NCBI GenBank assembly: GCA_004764695.1
Contig: SMSO01000031.1
Location: 3,200,436 to 3,264,435, forward strand
Reading direction: 5' to 3'
DNA: 64,000 nucleotides
DNA from: Schizochytrium sp. TIO01
Taxonomy: Eukaryota; Protista; Bigyra: Labyrinthulomycetes
Shown here: positions 55,724 to 64,000 of the stretch, piece by piece
How positions within the stretch are numbered: position 1 is the first letter of the stretch
How the letters are laid out: each line of letters starts with the position of its first letter
Position numbers and translations under genes: made by a program
The notes under the pieces: generated by a model
Database searches by the model: none
What the model was told of the DNA's origin: nothing
The model's input: only the letters and a program-made list of their open reading frames with translations

Positions 55724-56892
55724 TTCTGGTCAGCTCGTGCCACCTGGCCCTGTCAACTCCGCTCACGACACAGATTTGCATTAAGGATGGGGCTCGAGCC
55801 CAGGAGATTTTTTTCCAATTTTTATGAGGGAAGTAATAAGATAGAGTTTAAAATGACCTAACCGCAAAAAAGAGGCTTAAAGAGCCGTTCACAGACTGCC
55901 CTAACTTTGCAGGACCCTTCATCGCTGAAAGCTGTTTAAAGGAGAATCTCAGTCAAAGTAGCTTATAAGGGCCTATTAATTCGCAGCACAATTTTATGGA
56001 CAGTTATAGCGCATGAAAAAGAGTCTCTCCGAAGATACTATCCTGAAATAGGAGGAGGAGGCTTGGGAAGCACACCGCTTAAGATGTGAGCTTCTGTTCC
56101 TGAGGATCGCGCCGATGCTGGAAAAGTAGGTTTCCTTCTTTGTGATTTTTATTAGAATGTTACTTAGCCACTGTCTTTGGGGAAATAGCAAACTGCGCAA
56201 AGTAACTTTCATTCATTAAAAGAGAAAAGTTGCCAATTGTCAATAGCTGACTATCAGGGAAGAAAAAGGGTGTGTGCTGGAATGAGAGGAGTTGCTTCGA
56301 GCCGAGGTTACCCCGCTTCCGTTTGCGAATTGCTCCTTTTCAGAAACTAATAAAAGGATAGGTTCTGCCCTCTTGAGGTGCACGTATATATAATTTGTAG
56401 CATAAGAGCTGGCGTTCTTGTAAAGTTGCTTAAGGGTGAGATGCTGATACACCGCTCTGCTGGGTTCTCAAGTTCAAGTTGAAATTGCTCTTATTTAAGA
56501 AGAGGAAATAACAGCAATAAAAGCGAAGCAAGCTGATTGAGAGTGGCTCGGAGGACAAAACCTTATTTGGAAGCTGCAAGGTTTTAAGTAATATATATAG
56601 TGAGTGTTTAGGAATACAAGGATCACCTACATTCTCATTACTGCAACAGAGTTGAAAGGCAACTCAAGTTTGCTAGAGCAAAGTGAATTTGTTGTTTTGA
56701 GGCAGTAGCAGTTGTGGCCTTCTTCACGGTTCTAGCAAATCTATTTTCCTTCGATCTCTCGCAGCTCCCTCCTACTGAAGCGTGGACCTTGGCGTATGCG
56801 GAAGCAACCTGCTGTTTGCTTGATTCTTGTACAGTAAACAGAACTTTGGTGCCACTATCTCATCGGTGTATGAGACGCTCCCATCTCCTCGA

Positions 56893-59800
56893 ATGACTAC
56901 CCAGGGCATTGTACAAGCACAGGAAGCTCATTCTCACGACGTTCATCATGCTCGTGTCCCTCCCATTGACCTGGCGCCAGCTTCTGGAACAACAGTTCAT
57001 CCAGCAAGTTCCCCGCGTAGCGCTTTGCGTGATCGATTCGACAGTGCACGGAGGGTGGATGCCCAGGTGAATGTGCCTGCTCGCCATTCGAATGATGATC
57101 AGCAGAGTAAGTCTTCAAAGTCTACAGATAAATTAACGCATGTGACTTTGGAACGGGAAATATTAAAGAATGTACGAAATGCTGGACTCCGAACAGAGCT
57201 TGCTGAGCTATTACGCAAGGGCCTCATCGGTCGAAAGACTGAAAGCTGCAATCTCGGTCCGGAAGTTAACTCGCCAACAGACCTTGAATCAGACCCTGCT
57301 ACTTGCCAGCTTGTTACTCGTGTTGCGCGTGTTGAAATTCGAGGAGGAGTCAACTCCACACGATTGCTCACTCCATCCCATATGATTCTCCCGAGCGGTA
57401 ACATCGAACCTTGGAATGAGAGTTTGGGCATATCTTTCATAATGCCTGTCTCTGTACAGAGCTGGGACGATGCACAAGATTTTGTCGAAGAGAGCTTGCA
57501 TAAATGGTTGGTTGAAGATCTACATTATCGTTTGCGTCCTACCAGAGGACGAAATCGAACATCTACACTTGAATCAAACCAAATTATGGAAGAACCCTCT
57601 GCAGTAGACTCTGAGGGTCTTAATGAAGAAAATTCAGATGAAAACGATATTCCGATGCCTGTCATGCCGATATCTCGCGAGGTGAGAATACCTAAATCAA
57701 CGTCTTTTCGAGAGAGTCGTATGAGAGGGCCTCAAACTACTATTAGCTTTTCGAGTCTTGCCACAAATCGCACGCGCCATCCCAGTGATGCCACTGCACT
57801 GGGAGTAAATAAGATTGATGAAATTGATGAGAGTAGGCTCCCTGAAGATGATGAAACATCCTTTGAAAGTTCATCCCTGAATGATGCCAATAGCTTTTCA
57901 GAACACAAGTCAATGCATGAATATAGTCAGGGTAACTTAGATGGAGCTGATGACGTACAAATTTATGATGATGTCGGAAGCGTGGATGAAAGCGATGATG
58001 AAGATGCGGACGTCGCATTCGACAGCGATAGCGAAGTTGCAAGTATTTCCTCTTCGAGTGGTGATGAACAAAGTGTTTCGTTCGAACAGCTTTCACTCGC
58101 AGTATCAGTCGATTCTAAGGAACCTCAGATTGAAATAAAGCAAGAAGACTCTTCAAGGTTTGTTCCATACGAAGAATTGATTTGTACTTACTCGTTTACA
58201 GCAAATATTACAGAGGCCAACATTGAGTTTTATGCAGAAAATATTCGTTCGAGTGTCCATCATGTGAAAGAGTCGCCAACCCTTGCGATGTACAGGACCC
58301 AAACCGATCGATGTCCAAGTAGATTACGGCTGTGCTGGGAGTGGATATCCAAAGAACAAATAGATAAGCGTAGACTCAAAGAATTGAACAAGGCAGAAGG
58401 CGAAATAAACTCCACCGCGCTTGGGTCGGCACGGAGCCTTGATAGCAAATCATCAGATTCATCTTCGTCCTTTTCCTTTCTGCCATTCTTATTACACGAA
58501 CTCAAGGCCCAAGAAAGTGACACTGAGTTCCGATTGGATGTTTTACGAAAGCTTTTAGCATATCGATGCAGATTTCGAACTTCCCAGATAGAGGAAGCAC
58601 TGTTACGTAGCGATATTGACAGTAGCAAATACACAGTATCAATTGATGAGTTGCGATGGCTCGCAAGTGTCCTTGAAGAAGTAATGGTTGCATGGGAAAA
58701 TGAGAGAGAAAGTGATATACTCTGTGATGCAGATCTTCGTGTTATCCGAGGGCTATTTCCAAATTGTTATTCTATTCGCCTACGCAAGTTACATGGTGGG
58801 TTTTCAGGCTCACTTGTTTTGCAAGCTACAAGTGTTGATGTTGAGGGTCGAATGCAAGATGCTACTGTAGTCAAATTAGACAAAGTCGAGTCGATCCAGC
58901 AGGAGGAATCACGTCATCGCATGATGTTGACTCACCTCGGTGATCATGCTCCATTTTTGTTAGGAAAATTCATATGTCCTGATAGTAATCGAGGTGGTAT
59001 TAAAATTTCACTTGCTGGTAGTAACCAAGTTGCATTCTGGAGTGCAGCTAATACGAGCAATCCGTTGATCACCCTAAAAGAGTTATATCTCTTTGAACAG
59101 CAAGAAATAGAGAGTCACAATGAGCCCCGCTTGAAAACAATCTGTCTTGATAGTGTGCAACGTCAAGAGAAAGCTGCAAATCTTCTTTCTGATATGCAGC
59201 AGAACACTCGCAAAGGCCGTAACACTTGGACTGGAACGTCAAAGAATGTTTGCGCGATGCACTCGGTTCATAATGCATTGTTAGAATGCTTCGGAGAGAT
59301 TTTTGAAAAGTGCACTGTGCAGAGCTCGCTTGTGGAAGGTGGAAAGTGTGTAGGTGATGTGCGTCGAGATTTGTATGACCTTGAAGGAGTGATGCGCAAA
59401 TATATACTTGACCCGGACCATGCTAAGACCATCGCTGAAAACATATGGGATCCTTTCACTGTAGTTAGCTCGGCACAGCTTTGGCACCTGCTTGGTCTTC
59501 GTGAAGCACCGCGGGTGCATGCTAAATCTAGTGATACTGCAGGTGCTTTGTATGATTATTTACTCAAATTTTCAGGCTGGCTAGCAGATGATGATATAAG
59601 TAAAGACAATGCAATTGAGTATTACGAGGGTATGGGGCATGGAGACTTGAATGCTGCTAATATTGTTATTGATGTACAAAGCATTCTTTGGGTGATTGAC
59701 TTTGCTCAAAGCGGGCGGGCACATGTTTTAAGGGATATTTGCAAACTCACTTCATGCATTCTTTTCGAATACCTTGCTTTAGAAAGCTCAGCAGAGGTGC

Positions 59801-62800
59801 AAGCAGCTGTTCTTCTACTAGATTTTATGACCGTTCACACAGAAAATTTGAGCGATTCCCTTCCAGATGATCTCAAAAAGGATGTGTTTGATCCTGTGGA
59901 AAAATCACCTGAAGGTTATAGCGATTTACAAAGACTTAAAGGTACAATATGGAGAATACAATTTGCATGGCAATGCTGCCGACTTCTGCGTGGATACTGT
60001 AAAAAGTATGTGCGCGATGCAAATGATATGCGTCAATACCACGCTGGCATGGTTTTCTATGCAGCTCGCGCAATTTGCTTTCGTGACACTAGCCTGGGCA
60101 GCAAGCAATTCGCTCTTGCAGCGCTCTTATTACACTCAGGGGAACTAATGGGACTGCGCAATCACAAGGTCAATCGACTACCTTCCTTTCATCCTCAAGG
60201 TGAAGGCATTGCAAAGGGCCCAGTCATTACGGATAGATTGCGAGATGATGTACATATGCGATCTTACCTCAATCGATTGGCGGTTAAATGTAGTCATCAT
60301 TATGATCCTACCTCAGGCGAGGTGTTCAATATAAAAGAATCCTTGGACCTAGAAGTTCAGCCTGGAAGTACAAAAAATGTAAACAAAAAACGTATGCAGC
60401 AACATCTTCAGCAAGAGACGCAGCAGGAAGAAAATAAATCGAATGAAAAAGCAGCCGAAGTGTTTCATAGCATGTCTAGTGCGGGTATACACGAAAATAC
60501 CGATGGGAAACCTCCACTCAGATCGAGGCGATCCATTGTACGTAACATGAGACCTCCACCATTGCAACTTGGATCAACCTGTACAAACGTTGATATCAAC
60601 GAGCATAGCACTCGGTTTTTTGATTCGGTAGAGCACCGACTCGGTGTAAGTTTATTACAGATGAAACGCATCGCAATTTGCGGCGAAAGTTCTTCTGGGA
60701 AGACAACAATCCTGAAAAAGCTTGTTGTCAGCGCTCTAGCTGACCAGAATTATTTTGTACCAGTTTATGTAGAAGCTCTTGACGTCTGCAAACTTTTGCG
60801 CCGCCGTGTAGAAGTAGGGCGCGTCATGCGAAATGAGTCATTTCACCCAGCCACTGGTGATGATTACCTTGAATACATGCTTCGTGTTGACAGTGAAGAT
60901 TCAGAGTATTCTGCGAGTGCTGCAAATGGGTATCCCATGAATCGTGCAAAATCCAAGCAAGTATTCACTTTTAATGATTCGCATCATATGTTTGAGTCCG
61001 CCAATGCTCGACCTGTAAGCACAATTGCTCGAGCTGCGCATTTTTTTGTAGATCAACAACACGACTCTCCAAACGGACTTGGTACTGGTCACTCACTGCG
61101 AAACACTCCTTCGTCTAAGCGTCACAGCATCAGTAAAAGGTATTACCGAAGTAATACCCGAGATTCTATCCGGGTTACTGGGTTACAACAAAGAGATCTT
61201 TTACGTCTTCATCAGCAGGAGCTCCTCGGCGGAAGCTCACAAACTCGTCCGAGAGATGAGAGTTCATCACCAGAGCCAAAGACTGGGTCGCCTCAAAATA
61301 ACGTGAATAAGGCCAGGGTGGACTACAAGTCTCGGCGTCGCTTCCGCAGTCCCAAACACACAAATGTATCAGTTAGTTCTATCGCTACGACTCATTTGGC
61401 ATCGCCTGTTAATTTATCTTTTGGTGTCATGGAGCTTTTCTGGGCAGATCTTTATGGCGAGGGTTCCCCAATGTTCAACAGACTTCTCAAAACTTTAGAA
61501 AACGGGCATATTATTCTCTTCCTTGACGGCCTTGATGAGATGAGGCCTGAAACACGTGCTGATCTACTTGAATGGATTGATAGCCATCCTAATATATTTG
61601 TGATACTTACAACACGACGAGAAAAGGACCTTAAAAGCTGTTTGCAAGAGATCTCATTTGTGCATGTTCAACCAATGTCAAATGATAATGTTACAAACAT
61701 TGTTAAACTACATGCTAAGCAAATGTCACGTCTTGGCCCTGAAGGTGAATACAATATCTTAGAGCTAGAACGCTTCCTTCTTAACGAATTGAGAAGATCC
61801 ATTTTTCGCGAAATTATTAGAAAAACGCCAATTTTTGTGAAAATGCTGCTTTTTGCATTGACGAACCACTGGATCAGCGTTAGAGAAACCCAGATGCAAG
61901 TCTCAGGGCCATTGCTAGACATAAGTTCTACTAAGACTTTGGAAGAACAAGAGGTTGACATGGATTGGGGCGTGCCAAAGATCATGTCATATGCCACGAG
62001 GCATTTGATGAAGTCTCCTTTCATGATGCAATCATCTCAGCATCTTGCTGCATGTTCAAAAATTTGTGAAAGTGATGAGGGGCAGGCCTTTCTCGAATGC
62101 ATGGCTCTTGTTCTTCACCTTCGCCGCCTGAGTCGGCGTGCGCTTGGAGCGTGGTGTTCCGAAGCTCTGCAAATCTATGCAGCAGGCTTAACATCCCAGA
62201 AGAAGTCATTCAACAAGGGGATTGAAGTAGCTAATGCTGTGATTACTTTAGTACGGAGTGAAAGTCTACCTTTGATTCAAGCGGATAATGCAGATCACGG
62301 AAAGGCCTGGATTGACCGCCATGCTCGTTTTGCAATTCACGTAATCCAAGAGTATCTAGTGGCTGCATATGTCTTTCGGGAAATTCAAAGTATTGAGCCA
62401 GAAAATATCATTGACTTCATTTTCGAGTTAAATCTTACGGCGAAAGATCATGTACATTTAAGATCTGAAGATGTATTGATTCCATTGTACGCGGCTGGCT
62501 ATGATACAGATGCTGCCAATTGTGAGGATGGTGATGCTGGTGACGAGCAAAGTTATTCTGATGCATACAAATCTTCAGAAGAAATATATACAGACAATGC
62601 AGGGGACTTCTCTGAAATTTATATGCACAACCGGAAAGACATGCGCTCTGAAAGTTCATTAAGTAGTACTGAAGACGATCTAGATGATGGAGAGACTCTG
62701 AGTGTTGTTTCTGATGTTCGCCACGCTAGTCGATATCGTGTGCGGAAGATCAAGTTGCTAAATGACGTTCGTTGGCGACCTGTTCTTTACTTCTTGCAAA

Positions 62801-63540
62801 AAATGCTACCACCGGTTGATGTTTTTGGAAACCTTTCTAGCAAGTTACTTATCAGCTTTGCAAAACTCTTAGGTCCAACACGGTTTCCCATTCAATTTGC
62901 AAAGTATACTCGCTACGTTGCTAGAAATAAAGATGATGTGCTACTAAGACAACTCTTTACGATGCTACAAGAACATCAGCAAGAGATGGGAATCACCCTA
63001 GATCTGGTGAGCGTTCCAATTTTTGCACGCATCGAATCAGATAAAGTCTCTCTTCTATCGCAAGTCGCTGGTGATGGCTTAGTTTCTATTCTCGCAATAG
63101 TCCTCGATATTATAAAGAAAACATCCCCAGGAATTCGCAAAACAATTTTGAATAACACTAATGCAGGTGAAACTGCTCTGTGTGTAGCTGCTACCAATGG
63201 CCATGCTGAGTGTATAACTCTATTATTAGAACATGGCGCAAGCATAAACGGGAATGATCCTGAGCTTTGTGGTGATGCAGTTTTCCTCGCAGCATATGAG
63301 CAAAAGCTAGACTGTGTAAAGATTCTTCTAGAGAACGGGGCTAATCCAAACGCATCATACGATGGTACATCATGTCTATTTAATGCTGCATATGATGGGA
63401 ATTATAAACTTTGCGAATTACTGATTCAGCATGGTGCAAGCCGTGAGATGCCATCCTCGTCTGGACATTTGCCTATCGATGTGGCGAGGCAGGAGAATTA
63501 CACTTCTCTCTATGATCTCCTTGAGCCAAGAAGCCCATAA
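56893..63540 (+). CDS. NLR-like STAND protein: APH/TCAD9-like kinase domain + NACHT-like NTPase + C-terminal ankyrin repeats, ~2215 aa
   Basis: Kinase-like: LHGGFSGSLVL, VVKLD...E, HGDLNAANI, WVIDFA, RDICKL. NACHT: IAICGESSSGKTT, VPVYV, IILFLDGLDEM, VILTTR, KTPIFVKML, FAIHVIQEYLVA, RWRPVLYFL. Ankyrin: GETALCVAATNGHAECITLLLEHGASIN and following repeats. The ORF track starts at TTG 56827; the first ATG is at 56893. Confidence 0.88.
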   Translation: MTTQGIVQAQEAHSHDVHHARVPPIDLAPASGTTVHPASSPRSALRDRFDSARRVDAQVNVPARHSNDDQQSKSSKSTDKLTHVTLEREILKNVRNAGLRTELAELLRKGLIGRKTESCNLGPEVNSPTDLESDPATCQLVTRVARVEIRGGVNSTRLLTPSHMILPSGNIEPWNESLGISFIMPVSVQSWDDAQDFVEESLHKWLVEDLHYRLRPTRGRNRTSTLESNQIMEEPSAVDSEGLNEENSDENDIPMPVMPISREVRIPKSTSFRESRMRGPQTTISFSSLATNRTRHPSDATALGVNKIDEIDESRLPEDDETSFESSSLNDANSFSEHKSMHEYSQGNLDGADDVQIYDDVGSVDESDDEDADVAFDSDSEVASISSSSGDEQSVSFEQLSLAVSVDSKEPQIEIKQEDSSRFVPYEELICTYSFTANITEANIEFYAENIRSSVHHVKESPTLAMYRTQTDRCPSRLRLCWEWISKEQIDKRRLKELNKAEGEINSTALGSARSLDSKSSDSSSSFSFLPFLLHELKAQESDTEFRLDVLRKLLAYRCRFRTSQIEEALLRSDIDSSKYTVSIDELRWLASVLEEVMVAWENERESDILCDADLRVIRGLFPNCYSIRLRKLHGGFSGSLVLQATSVDVEGRMQDATVVKLDKVESIQQEESRHRMMLTHLGDHAPFLLGKFICPDSNRGGIKISLAGSNQVAFWSAANTSNPLITLKELYLFEQQEIESHNEPRLKTICLDSVQRQEKAANLLSDMQQNTRKGRNTWTGTSKNVCAMHSVHNALLECFGEIFEKCTVQSSLVEGGKCVGDVRRDLYDLEGVMRKYILDPDHAKTIAENIWDPFTVVSSAQLWHLLGLREAPRVHAKSSDTAGALYDYLLKFSGWLADDDISKDNAIEYYEGMGHGDLNAANIVIDVQSILWVIDFAQSGRAHVLRDICKLTSCILFEYLALESSAEVQAAVLLLDFMTVHTENLSDSLPDDLKKDVFDPVEKSPEGYSDLQRLKGTIWRIQFAWQCCRLLRGYCKKYVRDANDMRQYHAGMVFYAARAICFRDTSLGSKQFALAALLLHSGELMGLRNHKVNRLPSFHPQGEGIAKGPVITDRLRDDVHMRSYLNRLAVKCSHHYDPTSGEVFNIKESLDLEVQPGSTKNVNKKRMQQHLQQETQQEENKSNEKAAEVFHSMSSAGIHENTDGKPPLRSRRSIVRNMRPPPLQLGSTCTNVDINEHSTRFFDSVEHRLGVSLLQMKRIAICGESSSGKTTILKKLVVSALADQNYFVPVYVEALDVCKLLRRRVEVGRVMRNESFHPATGDDYLEYMLRVDSEDSEYSASAANGYPMNRAKSKQVFTFNDSHHMFESANARPVSTIARAAHFFVDQQHDSPNGLGTGHSLRNTPSSKRHSISKRYYRSNTRDSIRVTGLQQRDLLRLHQQELLGGSSQTRPRDESSSPEPKTGSPQNNVNKARVDYKSRRRFRSPKHTNVSVSSIATTHLASPVNLSFGVMELFWADLYGEGSPMFNRLLKTLENGHIILFLDGLDEMRPETRADLLEWIDSHPNIFVILTTRREKDLKSCLQEISFVHVQPMSNDNVTNIVKLHAKQMSRLGPEGEYNILELERFLLNELRRSIFREIIRKTPIFVKMLLFALTNHWISVRETQMQVSGPLLDISSTKTLEEQEVDMDWGVPKIMSYATRHLMKSPFMMQSSQHLAACSKICESDEGQAFLECMALVLHLRRLSRRALGAWCSEALQIYAAGLTSQKKSFNKGIEVANAVITLVRSESLPLIQADNADHGKAWIDRHARFAIHVIQEYLVAAYVFREIQSIEPENIIDFIFELNLTAKDHVHLRSEDVLIPLYAAGYDTDAANCEDGDAGDEQSYSDAYKSSEEIYTDNAGDFSEIYMHNRKDMRSESSLSSTEDDLDDGETLSVVSDVRHASRYRVRKIKLLNDVRWRPVLYFLQKMLPPVDVFGNLSSKLLISFAKLLGPTRFPIQFAKYTRYVARNKDDVLLRQLFTMLQEHQQEMGITLDLVSVPIFARIESDKVSLLSQVAGDGLVSILAIVLDIIKKTSPGIRKTILNNTNAGETALCVAATNGHAECITLLLEHGASINGNDPELCGDAVFLAAYEQKLDCVKILLENGANPNASYDGTSCLFNAAYDGNYKLCELLIQHGASREMPSSSGHLPIDVARQENYTSLYDLLEPRSP

Positions 63541-64000
63541 TAATTGTTTTATCGAAAGTGATCGTTTTTATAAATGAAAATGTATTTTAATTCACTCTAC
63601 GAATGCTGATTCTCTTTTGTCCTAGGCACTATTTCTCCCTACCATACATGAAAGAATTTGTTCTAAGATTCTGGGTAGTTAATCTGATACGTGATGAAGA
63701 CGATACTTCCTATCTTCTCTGCTCATTTCCTCTACTAGAATTTTTTTTTCTTTTTTTTCCTGCGAAGAATTGAAAAATCCTCATGGAAAAAGAAAAGGAA
63801 AAAGCCCGTTTGCAGGGTATGTTGAATAGCCGAAAAGGAGAGCAAAAGTAGGTAAAACGTTTCCTTCGTTCTATTCTACATTAGTGTCTTTCTTCTGAGA
63901 ATTGTGTGCTGAGAAGCGCGTGGCGGGACTACAAAACGCTTAGTTAGCCACACATCATGCGCGAAGAAGCCCTTCTAAATTGCTCTATATTCTTGACGCA

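Noticed and set aside
58606-58660. EF-hand-like DIDSSKYTVSIDEL upstream of the kinase domain
   Set aside because: The loop is one residue too long, lacks the Gly and has no clear partner hand.

Overview
Eukaryotic nuclear DNA with long single-ORF (apparently intron-free) genes and AT-rich, microsatellite-bearing intergenic tracts. This style suggests a flagellated protist, possibly a stramenopile such as a thraustochytrid; that is an inference and the taxon cannot be proven here. Twelve protein-coding genes are supported: (1) a 3'-truncated gene with Sfi1-like repeats that the ORF track missed; (2) a 1299-aa helical protein with a 33-residue repeat; (3) a ~2640-aa soluble adenylyl cyclase (ADCY10-like) + STAND ATPase + PH + C2 + class I cyclic-nucleotide phosphodiesterase fusion; (4) CYRI/FAM49; (5) a TPH-like coiled-coil protein; (6) an uncharacterised SAM-methyltransferase with a MYND-like finger; (7) a Tubby-domain protein; (8) a protein with an XPA-C-like module; (9) exportin-5; (10) a G-protein alpha subunit; (11) a multi-PDZ protein with a signal peptide; (12) a ~2215-aa NLR-like protein (APH/TCAD9-like kinase + NACHT + ankyrin). 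The strongest leads are the single-chain cAMP make-and-break enzyme under STAND control, the kinase-NACHT-ankyrin NLR-like receptor, and the apparently secreted, Cys-bracketed PDZ protein. I recognised no rRNA, tRNA, CRISPR array or intact transposon. All domain calls come from motif recognition by eye; no database searches were run.
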